From the IMG/VR virus record IMGVR_UViG_3300030434_000013, positions 1 through 31,847 of that record: a DNA stretch of 31,847 nucleotides. The stretch is one strand, 5' to 3'. Both the position numbers and the translations under genes were made by a program. This DNA comes from a virus (taxonomy: Duplodnaviria; Caudoviricetes). Under the pieces are notes generated by a model that ran no database searches, was not told where the DNA came from, and saw only the letters and a program-made list of their open reading frames with translations. This document shows, piece after piece, positions 16,352-25,640 of this stretch (its first letter is position 1; each line of letters opens with the position of its first letter).

Positions 16352-17539
16352 ATGAGTGATTTTCACCACGGCGTGGAAGTTATCGAAATCAACGATGGCA
16401 CCCGCACCATTTCCACCGTCTCGACGGCAATCATCGGCATGGTCTGTACGGCCAGCGATGCTGACGACAAGACATTTCCTTTAAACGAGCCCGTGCTCAT
16501 TACCAACGTGCAAAACGCGATTGCGAAAGCCGGCAAGGCGGGGACGCTGTCCGCTTCTCTGCAAGCGATCGCCGACCAGTGCAAACCGGTTGTCGTTGTT
16601 GTTCGCGTGGCCGAAGGTACCGCTGAAACCCCGGAAGAGGCGCGCAAGCAGACCGTTTCCAACATCATCGGTACTACCGATGAAAACGGTAAATATACCG
16701 GTCTGAAGGCGCTTCTCACAGCGAAAACGGTAACCGGCGTTAAGCCACGTATTCTCGGCGTGCCGGGGCTGGACTCTCAGGAAGTGGCGACCGCACTGGC
16801 CGCCATGTGCCAGAGCCTGCGCGCGTTCGGCTATGTCAGCGCATGGGGATGTAAAACCATTTCTGAAGCGATTAATTATCGCAAAAACTTCAGCCAGCGC
16901 GAGCTGATGGTTATCCATCCTGATTTTCTGGCATGGGATACCACCACGAACGCAACGACGACGGCCTGGGCGACCGCCCGCGCGCTTGGCCTGCGCGCCA
17001 AAATCGACCAGACCATGGGCTGGCATAAAACCCTGTCAAACGTTGGCGTCAACGGCGTTACTGGCGTAAGCGCCTCTGTCTCCTGGGATCTGCAGGAACA
17101 GGCTACCGATGCGAACCTGCTTAACCAGGCTGGCGTCACCACGCTGATTCGCAACGACGGCTTTAAATTCTGGGGTAACCGTACCTGCTCAGACGACCCG
17201 TTATTCGTCTTTGAAAACTACACCCGTACCGCGCAGGTGCTGGCCGATACCATGGCGGAAGCGCACGCGTGGGCGATGGATAAACCCATCACGCCAACGC
17301 TTATTCGCGACATCGTTTCCGGTATTAACGCCAAGTTCCGCGAGCTGAAAACCAACGGCTATATCGTCGACGGCTCCTGCTGGTATGACCCTGAGTCGAA
17401 CGATGCATCCACCCTGAAAGCGGGGAAACTGTATATCGATTACGACTACACCCCCGTCCCGCCGCTGGAAAATCTGACCCTGCGCCAGCGCATCACCGAT
17501 ACCTATCTGGCAGACCTGTCAGATTCGGTTAACAGCTAA
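16352..17539 (+). CDS. FI: contractile tail sheath FI
   Basis: MSDFHHGVEV...KPRILGVPG...FWGNRT...PVPPLENL. Confidence 0.96.
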   Translation: MSDFHHGVEVIEINDGTRTISTVSTAIIGMVCTASDADDKTFPLNEPVLITNVQNAIAKAGKAGTLSASLQAIADQCKPVVVVVRVAEGTAETPEEARKQTVSNIIGTTDENGKYTGLKALLTAKTVTGVKPRILGVPGLDSQEVATALAAMCQSLRAFGYVSAWGCKTISEAINYRKNFSQRELMVIHPDFLAWDTTTNATTTAWATARALGLRAKIDQTMGWHKTLSNVGVNGVTGVSASVSWDLQEQATDANLLNQAGVTTLIRNDGFKFWGNRTCSDDPLFVFENYTRTAQVLADTMAEAHAWAMDKPITPTLIRDIVSGINAKFRELKTNGYIVDGSCWYDPESNDASTLKAGKLYIDYDYTPVPPLENLTLRQRITDTYLADLSDSVNS

Positions 17540-17550
17540 GGAGCTGAAGC

Positions 17551-18069
17551 ATGGCGTTACCACGCAAACTTAAGTACCTGAATATGTTCAATGATGGCCT
17601 GAGCTACATGGGCGTTGTCGAGTCTGTCACCTTACCGAAGCTGACCCGCAAGCTGGAAAAGTATCGCGGCGGCGGTATGCCGGGCTCGGTTTCTGTCGAC
17701 CTCGGCCTGGACGATGATGCCCTGGCGCTGGAGTGGACCGTTGGCGGCCTGCCGGACGCCGCGCTGTGGGCGCAGTATGCCTCTCCGGGCGCGGACAGCG
17801 TGCCGCTGCGCTTTACCGGCTCTTATCAGCGCGATGATACCGGCGAAATCTCCGCCGTCGAAATCGTCATGCGCGGCCGTCATAAAGAGTTTGATGGCGG
17901 TGAAAACAAGCAGGGCGAGAGCGGCACCACCAAGATGTCCACCGAGTGCGCTTACTACCAGCTGACCATTGATGGCAAAGAGATCATCGAAATCGACATC
18001 ATCAACATGGTGCTCAAAGTCGACGGGGTCGATCGCCTGGCAGAACACCGTAAGGCCATCGGCCTGTAA
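17551..18069 (+). CDS. FII: tail tube FII
   Basis: MALPRKLKYLNMF...YRGGGM...HRKAIGL. Confidence 0.96.
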   Translation: MALPRKLKYLNMFNDGLSYMGVVESVTLPKLTRKLEKYRGGGMPGSVSVDLGLDDDALALEWTVGGLPDAALWAQYASPGADSVPLRFTGSYQRDDTGEISAVEIVMRGRHKEFDGGENKQGESGTTKMSTECAYYQLTIDGKEIIEIDIINMVLKVDGVDRLAEHRKAIGL

Positions 18070-18076
18070 CCCTTTA

Positions 18077-18099
18077 ACCGGCCGGGATTACCGGCCGGT
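18077..18099 (+). terminator. stem-loop after FII
   Basis: ACCGGCCGG-GATTA-CCGGCCGGT; no strong U tract, so it may be an mRNA-stabilising or partial terminator. Confidence 0.5.
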
Positions 18100-18125
18100 G
18101 AGTTAACTTTCTGAAGAGTAACGAA

Positions 18126-18434
18126 ATGGAACATATCAACGAGACCGCCATGAACGAAAGTGAAAACCCACACATCGTCACGCTTGATAGCCCCGTTCAG
18201 CGCGGCGAGCAAAAAATCGAAAAGGTGACCGTCGCAAAACCCAATGCGGGGACCCTGCGCGGCGTATCGCTGGCGTCGCTGGCGCAATCTGACGTGGATG
18301 CGCTGATTAAGGTGCTGCCGCGAATGACCTCGCCGGCGCTGACCGAGCATGAGGTTGCACGCCTGGATGCCTGCGATCTGCTCTCTTTTGCAGGTAAGGT
18401 GATCGGTTTTTTGTCACCGGCTTCGGCTCGCTAA
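18126..18434 (+). CDS. E: tail assembly chaperone E
   Basis: LDSPVQRG...PNAGTLRG...LPRMT. Confidence 0.92.
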   Translation: MEHINETAMNESENPHIVTLDSPVQRGEQKIEKVTVAKPNAGTLRGVSLASLAQSDVDALIKVLPRMTSPALTEHEVARLDACDLLSFAGKVIGFLSPASAR

Positions 18435-18586
18435 AATTTCCCGAAAATGTGTCGGTCGACGATCTGATGGCGGATATCGCGGTGATTTTTCACTGGCCGC
18501 CGTCAGAACTGTACTCCCTTAGCGTGACCGAACTCCTCTTATGGCGCGAAAAAGCGCTGCAGCGAAGCGGAAACCACCATGAGTAA
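18407..18586 (+). CDS. E' extension via programmed -1 frameshift
   Basis: Slippery TTTTTTG at 18407-18413; the -1 frame reads ...DDLMADIAVIFHWPPSELY...RSGNHHE*, as in P2 E+E'. Confidence 0.88.
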   Translation, partial: FFVTGFGSLKFPENVSVDDLMADIAVIFHWPPSELYSLSVTELLLWREKALQRSGNHHE

Positions 18587-20858
18587 TAATGTCAGTCTTC
18601 AGGAGCTGCTTAAGGCAGTCGACCGGGCAACCCGACCGCTTAACGCTCTCCAGAACGCCAGCCTCACTCTCGCGAGCGATATCCGCGATGCGCAGACGGC
18701 GCTGGGGGCGCTCGATGAGCAGGCGGGGCGCATTAACGGCTTCAGAAAAGCAAATGCCCGGCTCGCCACGACGGAGCAGTCGCTTGCTCAGGCGAAACAG
18801 CAGGCCGCGGCGCTGGCGGTACAGTTTAAAAACACGCAAAACCCCACCCAGGCGCAGGCTGATGCGCTGACTGCAGCCCGAAAATCGGCAGTCGACCTGA
18901 AGCATGAGTACAACAGCTTACGCTACTCGGTACAGCGTCAGCGTACTGAACTCGCTCAGGCGGGAGTGAACACGCGCACGCTCTCGTCGGATGAACGTCG
19001 TTTAAAAAGTCACATCAGCGAAAAAACGCAGCAGCTTAACCGACAGCGGGATGCGCTGGCCCGCGTCAATCAGCAGCAGGAGCGGCTGAGTGTCGTTCAG
19101 AATCGCTACGAGTCAGGCAAACGCGTTACCGCGCGGGTGCGTCAGCTTGCGAATACGGGCGTGGGCATCGCAAAAGCGGGCTTTGACCAGACGTCCCGGT
19201 TTATCGCCCCTGGCATCAGCTTTGAAAAGCAGATGTCGGCCATTCAGGCAAACCTTGGCCTGGCGAAGGGGGATTCCCGGCTTGAGGCCATTCGCCAGCA
19301 GGCGCGGGAGGTCAGCGCCAGGACCGGAGTACCTGCAGATACGGTCCTCCGGGCACAAACCGAACTGGCTCGTTCAGGCTATGACGCCGATGGGCTACTT
19401 GCGGCCACCGCGCCAACGGTCAACCTCAGCCTGGCGGGGAGTGTCGACGCGGCTAAAGCGGCCGATATGATCGCCAGCACGCAGGCCGCGTATAGCCTGG
19501 CCGATGCGGACGCGGGACGCATCGCAGATGTGCTTACGCGCGGTTCTGCCTCTTCGAATACCAGCCTCGCTGAGATGGTGGCGGCCGTCACCTCTGCTGC
19601 GCCCGCTGCGGGTGCCGCCGGTATGGGGCTTGAAGAGACCACCGCGCTGCTTGGCGTTCTGGCAGAAAAAGGAATGAAAGGCGCTGCCGCGGGGGACGCG
19701 CTCAGCGCGATGTTGCGCCATGTTCAGACTCCGGATGCCATAAAAGCCGCGGGGGCGCTGGCTTCCGCTGCGGGTGATGGATCGCTTGATGAAAAACGCC
19801 AGCAGTTGCAGGGGGCAAAGGGCAGTACCGCGCTCGCGGCTTCCGTGCAGACCGATAATCTTGACGGCGATATCAACCGATTCCAGGCCGCGTGGAACGG
19901 GTTGAAGATTGATGTATTTGATAAAGCGGATGGCGCTCTGCGCAACCTGATAACAACCGCAACCGGCTGGCTTGGCACGGCCTCCCTTTGGGTGAATGCC
20001 AACCCTGAGCTGACGCAGACCCTCGCCAGCATCGTTGTCGGCGCGCAGGCGTTTGCTGGCGTACTGGGCGGCGTAGGCACGGTTCTCGGCCCGGTTCTGA
20101 CGGGCGTCAATATGGTTATTACCGCGGCCGGGATGTTGGGAACGGTATTCAGCGTGGTGGGCGGCGCCATCATGACGGTGCTGGGGGCCCTTAGCTGGCC
20201 GGTGATTGCCCTTGGCGCGGCGATTGCTGCCGGTGCCTTACTGATTTTTAAATACTGGGAGCCCATCAGCGCCTTCTTTGGCGGGGTGATGGAAGGACTT
20301 TCGACGGCTTTCGCACCGCTGGGTGCGCTGTTCTCACCGGTAATGGCGGTGTTTGACGCTATCTCGGAGAAGCTGGGCGGTATCTGGCAATGGTTCACCG
20401 ACTTGATTACGCCGATCAAGGCGACGCAGGAAACGCTGGATGGCTGTAAAAACGCTGGCGTGATTTTTGGTCAGGCGCTGGGCGATGCGTTAATGGCACC
20501 GCTCGATCTCTTTAATAGCCTGAGCGGCAAGGCCAGCTGGCTGCTGGAGAAGCTCGGTATTATCAAAAACGAGTCGGGCGATCTCGACGCCGCTGCGGCA
20601 AAAGCAGAAGCGGCATCCTCACCGGCGGGCAGCGCTTATATTCCGGGCGCGGGGATCTCTGGCGGCAGCCTGGGGTATCAGCCGACCATCGCTACTGGAG
20701 GACGCTCTTACGTCGATCAGAGTAAAAGCGAATATAACATCACGCTGCAGGGGAGCACGGCCTCCGGAACGGATCTGACGCGTCAAATCCGGGAGACGAT
20801 AGATAGCATTGAACAGGATAAAGCGAGACGGCAGCAATCCAGCTTTATGTATGGTTGA
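18579..20858 (+). CDS. T: tape measure protein T
   Basis: AVDRATRP N-terminus, Ala-rich helical body, hydrophobic segment, KYWEPISAFF. Confidence 0.93.
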   Translation: MSNNVSLQELLKAVDRATRPLNALQNASLTLASDIRDAQTALGALDEQAGRINGFRKANARLATTEQSLAQAKQQAAALAVQFKNTQNPTQAQADALTAARKSAVDLKHEYNSLRYSVQRQRTELAQAGVNTRTLSSDERRLKSHISEKTQQLNRQRDALARVNQQQERLSVVQNRYESGKRVTARVRQLANTGVGIAKAGFDQTSRFIAPGISFEKQMSAIQANLGLAKGDSRLEAIRQQAREVSARTGVPADTVLRAQTELARSGYDADGLLAATAPTVNLSLAGSVDAAKAADMIASTQAAYSLADADAGRIADVLTRGSASSNTSLAEMVAAVTSAAPAAGAAGMGLEETTALLGVLAEKGMKGAAAGDALSAMLRHVQTPDAIKAAGALASAAGDGSLDEKRQQLQGAKGSTALAASVQTDNLDGDINRFQAAWNGLKIDVFDKADGALRNLITTATGWLGTASLWVNANPELTQTLASIVVGAQAFAGVLGGVGTVLGPVLTGVNMVITAAGMLGTVFSVVGGAIMTVLGALSWPVIALGAAIAAGALLIFKYWEPISAFFGGVMEGLSTAFAPLGALFSPVMAVFDAISEKLGGIWQWFTDLITPIKATQETLDGCKNAGVIFGQALGDALMAPLDLFNSLSGKASWLLEKLGIIKNESGDLDAAAAKAEAASSPAGSAYIPGAGISGGSLGYQPTIATGGRSYVDQSKSEYNITLQGSTASGTDLTRQIRETIDSIEQDKARRQQSSFMYG

Positions 20859-20869
20859 GGAGAGAAAAA

Positions 20870-21334
20870 ATGTTAATGGTGCTGGGTCTGTTTGTCTTTG
20901 AACGACGAACCTTACCGTATCAGTCAATGATATTCACAAAAGACTACCGCTGGGCATCCAGCGCTCGCATCGGGAAACCCAAAGCCTGGCAGTACCTTGG
21001 CGAAGGTGAGACATCCTTTAGCCTCTCCGGCTTACTTTACCCGGAACTCACGGGAGGGCGGCTTTCCCTCAAGGCGGTTGAGCTGATGGCAAATGAGGGG
21101 CGGGCATGGCCGTTGATAGACGGTACCGGCATCATTCACGGCATGTTTGTCATTGAGAAAGTCACGCACACGCATTCGGATTTTTACAGTGACGGTACCG
21201 CCCGAAAAATTGAGTTTACCCTGTCGCTAAAACGCGTGGACGAATCGCTGATGACGACGTTTGGCGACCTGCGAACGCAGGCCTCAGAGCTGGTGGAAAG
21301 CGCACGGAATAGCATTGGAGGGCTGGTGGGATGA
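20870..21334 (+). CDS. U: tail protein U
   Basis: MLMVLGLFVFERRTLPYQ...LYPELTGG...LKRVD. Confidence 0.93.
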   Translation: MLMVLGLFVFERRTLPYQSMIFTKDYRWASSARIGKPKAWQYLGEGETSFSLSGLLYPELTGGRLSLKAVELMANEGRAWPLIDGTGIIHGMFVIEKVTHTHSDFYSDGTARKIEFTLSLKRVDESLMTTFGDLRTQASELVESARNSIGGLVG

Positions 21335-22485
21335 TCACCGAAATGAATATCCGGGCGGGTGGAAAAATCGCCCCTGATTTTATGCTTAAGCTTGACGATC
21401 GTGATATCACGCAAAATTTCAGCCATCGTCTTATCAGCCTGACCATGACCGACAAACGGGGGCTGGAAGCCGATCAGCTGGATATTCTGCTGGATGATTC
21501 CGACGGGCTGCTGGACTTGCCTGCCCGGGGGGCAAGGCTGTCCTTATGGCTGGGATGGGAGGGAACCCCGCTCGAGGAGAAAGGGGACTTTACGATTGAT
21601 GCGATTCATTTCCGGGGCGCGCCGGACACGCTGACCATCCAGGGATTCAGCGCAGATTTTCGTGGAAAGCTAAACGTGCGGCGCGAACAGTCGTGGCATG
21701 ACACGACGATTGGCGCGATAGTCGATACCATCGCTCAGCGTAACCAGTTGACCGCCAGCGTCGCGTCGGGGCTTGCATCCATCGCCATCTCTCATATTGA
21801 CCAGTCTCAGGAGACAGACGCGGCCTTCCTCTCCCGCCTTGCTGAACGTAATGGAGCATTTGTTTCAATCAAAGCCGGGAAGATTATCTTTATGAAAGCG
21901 GGCCAGGCCGTGACGGCCAGCGGCACTCCGCTTTCCTTAATGATGATTGAACGTGGGGATGGAGATAAGCACCTTTTTTCCATAGCTGACCGTGAAAATT
22001 ATTCCGGCGTAACGGCCAAATGGCTGCAAACGCGTGACCCCAAACAACAAAATCCTCAATTGAGTATTGCTCGTCAGTCCGGAGGGCAGCAGACAGAAGC
22101 ACTGCAGCACCCGGATGCCGCCGCACCGGTAGCGGGAGCAGCAGGCAAGGAGCAGAAACCGCAAGAGAGGCTGGTGGGATCGGCGGAAAACGTATTTGAG
22201 CTCACCACGGTTTATGCCTCTGAAGAGCAGGCGCTCAGGGCCGCAGAGGCTAAGTGGCGCGCGCTTCAGCGGGGAACCGTAGAGTTTTCCATCCAGCTTG
22301 CCCTGGGACGCGCCGATCTGTTCCCCGAAACGCCGGTGCTGGTAAACGGTTTTAAACGCGTCATCGACGAGCAGGCGTGGATCATCAGCGAGGTGGTGCA
22401 TACCCTCAACGATAGCGGATTTACCACGCAGCTTAAGCTTGAGCTGAACGTCAGCGACGAAAAATTTACTGTTGATAGTGAGTAA
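21331..22485 (+). CDS. D: baseplate hub protein D
   Basis: RGLEADQL...LGW...HIDQSQETD...GRADLFPE. Confidence 0.93.
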   Translation: MITEMNIRAGGKIAPDFMLKLDDRDITQNFSHRLISLTMTDKRGLEADQLDILLDDSDGLLDLPARGARLSLWLGWEGTPLEEKGDFTIDAIHFRGAPDTLTIQGFSADFRGKLNVRREQSWHDTTIGAIVDTIAQRNQLTASVASGLASIAISHIDQSQETDAAFLSRLAERNGAFVSIKAGKIIFMKAGQAVTASGTPLSLMMIERGDGDKHLFSIADRENYSGVTAKWLQTRDPKQQNPQLSIARQSGGQQTEALQHPDAAAPVAGAAGKEQKPQERLVGSAENVFELTTVYASEEQALRAAEAKWRALQRGTVEFSIQLALGRADLFPETPVLVNGFKRVIDEQAWIISEVVHTLNDSGFTTQLKLELNVSDEKFTVDSE

Positions 22486-22517
22486 TGTAGTTGCTATTGG
22501 TTTTATTTTGGGTATTA

Positions 22518-22540
22518 TTGATTCACAAAATGTGAATCAA
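22518..22540. promoter_or_regulatory. probable CI operator at the ogr/B promoter
   Basis: TTGATTCACA-AAA-TGTGAATCAA inverted repeat; 186 CI represses pB. Confidence 0.65.
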
Positions 22541-22552
22541 GTGGAGGGGTAC

Positions 22553-22753
22553 ATGTTTCATTGTCCTAAGTGCAAGCACTCTGCGCATGCGCGTACCAGT
22601 CGCTATCTAAGTGAAAATACCAAAGAGCGCTATCACCAGTGCACCAATGTAGACTGCAGCTGTACGTTCGTGACGATGGAGTCCGTGGAGCGCCTGATTG
22701 CGACCCCGGGCGCCTCTGAGCGTGTCCGAACGGCTTCGCTAAACCACGGTTAG
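22553..22753 (+). CDS. ogr: Ogr/186 B zinc-finger late activator
   Basis: MFHCPKC...RYHQCTNVDCSCTF; GGAGG RBS. Confidence 0.94.
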   Translation: MFHCPKCKHSAHARTSRYLSENTKERYHQCTNVDCSCTFVTMESVERLIATPGASERVRTASLNHG

Positions 22754-22782
22754 CGGCTGCGTTGCCGGCTCAAAAAATCAAT

Positions 22783-22808
22783 AAAAAAGCCACTCAATTG
22801 AGTGGCTT
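22783..22808 (-). terminator. rho-independent terminator
   Basis: AAGCCACTC-AATT-GAGTGGCTT with A6 on +. Confidence 0.8.
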
Positions 22809-22834
22809 AATCATATGATTCTAAAACTAAAATT

Positions 22835-22879
22835 TGGTGGCCCCTGCTGGACTTGAACCAGCGACCAAGCGATTATGAG
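22835..22879 (-). repeat. att core: second tRNA-Ile2 3' half, junction of elements 1 and 2
   Basis: 45 bp identical to 1402-1446; identity with the tRNA ends at the anticodon loop. Confidence 0.92.
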
Positions 22880-22995
22880 AACGATGCACCACCTTTGAAA
22901 AACAATAACTTATATTTAAAACAATAAGTTACCGCGCGAATGCAGTTGAGTGTTGTTGAACCTCTGAGTTTTCAGGGGACAAAAAGGGGGCATGT

Positions 22996-23718
22996 TTAAA
23001 GCTCAGGCATCAATCCATCAGCGAGCGCCCATAGTTTTGGATACTTCACAATGCATTCTTTCGCTTCATCATTGTTAAAATAAGCATATGAAACTAGCCA
23101 GTAGGTTCTATTTCTATATGTTAAAGATGAAAATAAATTGATAGCTTCGTTACGTAATTGTTCTTCTTTAATTCTATTTATAATTCCTAATATGTTTAAT
23201 ATTACAGTAAGTTCCTCTGGGTATGAAATTTTTGTATCTGTCAAAACCTCATGAGTTGTTTTTATAGGGTTGAAGCGCCAGTTAGGAATGTTCTCCCGAT
23301 CTACAGCTATATTGATTTTAAATCTGTTCTGCAATGAATCAATGTATTGGTTTTCTGAGAGGTGCAAATTACGTTGGTTGGCAGGTGAATAAAATATGTT
23401 TTGCCTGTTGTTCATTTTCTCATTTAAAGAATTGATATGGTGAACCAGTAAGTTTTTTATTGAATCACTTTTCAGTTGTGTTAACTGTTTTTTGTTGTAA
23501 TCAAGAGTGAGATAAAGAGTTGAAGACAAAATAAAAATGCTTATAAGTCCAAATGCCGCGCTATAAAAACCGCCGAAGAATGAGCCGAAGTTTGACCAGT
23601 CTTGGTTCTTAGATGAAATTCCATATTCATGAAAAGTATCCCAATATAAATAGCTGGGAGTAACAATAAATGCTAGTGTCAGTAAAAGAATGATAGCAGC
23701 GATTATTTTCTTAAACAT
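22996..23718 (-). CDS. membrane-anchored cargo protein coupled to int
   Basis: AT-rich; two TM segments around DWSNFGSFFGG, then a soluble domain; ATG overlaps the int 3' end. Confidence 0.75.
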   Translation of the reverse strand: MFKKIIAAIILLLTLAFIVTPSYLYWDTFHEYGISSKNQDWSNFGSFFGGFYSAAFGLISIFILSSTLYLTLDYNKKQLTQLKSDSIKNLLVHHINSLNEKMNNRQNIFYSPANQRNLHLSENQYIDSLQNRFKINIAVDRENIPNWRFNPIKTTHEVLTDTKISYPEELTVILNILGIINRIKEEQLRNEAINLFSSLTYRNRTYWLVSYAYFNNDEAKECIVKYPKLWALADGLMPEL

Positions 23719-24739
23719 ATTTATCACCAAGTGGATTAAGACGTGTGGCCTCTTCTAAATGGTTCGGCGCAAAATGAGCATAGCGCATAGTCATCTTGAT
23801 ATCTGTGTGCCCAAGTATTCGTTGTAAAACAAGAATATTGCCACCTTTCATCATAAAATGACTGGCGAAGGTATGGCGTAAAACATGCGAGAGTTGGCCG
23901 TCAGGCAGGTTAAGTTCAGCTCGTTCGACAGCTTTGCGAAAAGCCGAATAACACGATTTGAAGTAATGCCCAGGCTTTTCCGGTTTTGGTAGTGAGTCAT
24001 AAAATTCCTGGCTGATAGGCACAGTCCTGTTTCGGTTCCCTTTCGTTTTGAAAAAGCTGACTTTCAGATTTTTAATTTGCTTCGTCGTTACAGATTCAGC
24101 TTCATCCCACCGTGCACCAGTTACCAGGCAAAGGCAGGCTACCCAGTATGTGCTGTCGTTACGGCTTTTCTTACACTCTTCTAACAGTCGCGTAATCTCT
24201 TCATCTTCAAGGTATGCCAGTTCGGCTTCCTCTGATTTGAAGGCTCGAACATTTATTAGAGGATTTTCAAGTTTCCAGTGCCCAAGGCGCTTCAGCTCAT
24301 TAAACACCGCACGGAAATAGGCCAGCTCAAGATTCATTGTCCTGGGGGAAACTTGTTTGACTCGACTTGTCCGGGATATCTCACCAGAAAGTCGTTTTTT
24401 CCGATACAGGGAAAACATGGTTGCGTCGAATTCATGAGCGAGTGGATCTCCCATGCTTTCACAGGCAAATTCCATCGTGGATTTGCGCTTTTCGCCATCG
24501 TCCAATGTAACACCGTGTTCATCAAACCACTGATTTACAAGGTCGCGCAATTTACGGCGATCTTCTTTTCCGTCCAGCCAGGGTTTGACGTGGACATTTT
24601 CCATTATGTGATTTTGGTAGGCAATGGCCTCCCCTTTAGTGGAGAACGTTTTTCGGATGCGTTTGCTGGATTTACCTTGGGGTTTTCCTTCAGGATAAAA
24701 GTCCAGCAACCATTTTCCATTTTTCTTTGTAATACTCAT
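23711..24739 (-). CDS. int: tyrosine integrase (186/HP1 family)
   Basis: TGARWDE, TKG, HVLRH, LGH, RYAH; intact 342 aa. Confidence 0.94.
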   Translation of the reverse strand: MSITKKNGKWLLDFYPEGKPQGKSSKRIRKTFSTKGEAIAYQNHIMENVHVKPWLDGKEDRRKLRDLVNQWFDEHGVTLDDGEKRKSTMEFACESMGDPLAHEFDATMFSLYRKKRLSGEISRTSRVKQVSPRTMNLELAYFRAVFNELKRLGHWKLENPLINVRAFKSEEAELAYLEDEEITRLLEECKKSRNDSTYWVACLCLVTGARWDEAESVTTKQIKNLKVSFFKTKGNRNRTVPISQEFYDSLPKPEKPGHYFKSCYSAFRKAVERAELNLPDGQLSHVLRHTFASHFMMKGGNILVLQRILGHTDIKMTMRYAHFAPNHLEEATRLNPLGDKYV

Positions 24740-24745
24740 TAATAA

Positions 24746-25639
24746 TTATTTCACGAATATTTTATTTAGCACATCGTAATCATTTGGGAACTGTGTTTTA
24801 TCATTTTTAGAACCGAAATATGCATAATCATTATCTAGTGATAACAATTTTCCTATAGCCACGTCTTCGTAGGTATACACAAAATCGTACAGCAATTCAG
24901 GGTAGTCTTTAGCTAAATCATAAAAAGAATACCCTGATAGGTTTCTTGACATTCTTTGTTCAAAGTTTCTTCTTTGATTCAGTATCGTTGCAGGTAAACC
25001 TAATCCATAACCATCATTATTTTTTCGCGTTGTGGCGCTTAAAGTTGACACTTGCTTCTGTAAGCTAAGAAGCATATTGTAGATAACGCTTTCTTCTTTA
25101 TTTAAATTAATACTTTCCACGCTGGCAGGTTGAATTTGTAATAGTTTCACGATTGAATTAACATCATCTTCTGGAGCGTTCTCAGTTTCATGAAGCATTT
25201 CTGAAATTCTGTTTATCTCAATTTGTACACTATCAATCCTTAATGAAGGGTTGTACGGAACATATCTAAATCCTGCAATATCAAACGGAGGTTTATCTTT
25301 TCCATCAGTTATTAATATAGTTTTTTTATTAAACGCTTGTCTAAGGCCTAACTCATAAAAAACATTCGCATTTTTTGAACTTAAATCACAAATGGCCATG
25401 TCACAATCCATGATTTTTTTTAGGATATCAAACATGATCATATGTGATGCTTTACTGTCATCTGCTCGGCATGGCTCATATCCTGCATTAATACAAGCTG
25501 GCTTGATTAAGTACTCATATACGCGATTGAAATGACCAGGCTCATATTCTGGGTTATCAGCTATAGGCATGATGATAAAACATTTTTTTTGTTTTATCGG
25601 TTCTTCAGGTTGTTCTTGTTTTTTCTTTTCCACGGCCAT
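24746..25639 (-). CDS. nucleoside 2-deoxyribosyltransferase-like domain protein
   Basis: CFIIMP...RADD...AICDLSSKNANVFYELG...PFDI; AT-rich; lies between cI and int. Confidence 0.75.
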   Translation of the reverse strand: MAVEKKKQEQPEEPIKQKKCFIIMPIADNPEYEPGHFNRVYEYLIKPACINAGYEPCRADDSKASHMIMFDILKKIMDCDMAICDLSSKNANVFYELGLRQAFNKKTILITDGKDKPPFDIAGFRYVPYNPSLRIDSVQIEINRISEMLHETENAPEDDVNSIVKLLQIQPASVESINLNKEESVIYNMLLSLQKQVSTLSATTRKNNDGYGLGLPATILNQRRNFEQRMSRNLSGYSFYDLAKDYPELLYDFVYTYEDVAIGKLLSLDNDYAYFGSKNDKTQFPNDYDVLNKIFVK

Positions 25640-25640
25640 G

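Larger units (their letters stand above)
1402..22879. mobile_element. 186-like (P2-family) headless prophage, candidate R-type tailocin locus
   Basis: Bounded by direct tRNA-3' repeats. Gene order int-cI-early-A-tum-X-lysis-R-V-W-J-I-H-G-invertase-FI-FII-E-T-U-D-ogr, with no head genes. Confidence 0.9.

Noticed and set aside
10871-22485. T6SS or eCIS (Afp/PVC) interpretation of the tail cluster
   Set aside because: Genes and order are P2/186-like with a lysis cassette and ogr; no membrane complex, ClpV/Afp15 ATPase or toxin cargo.
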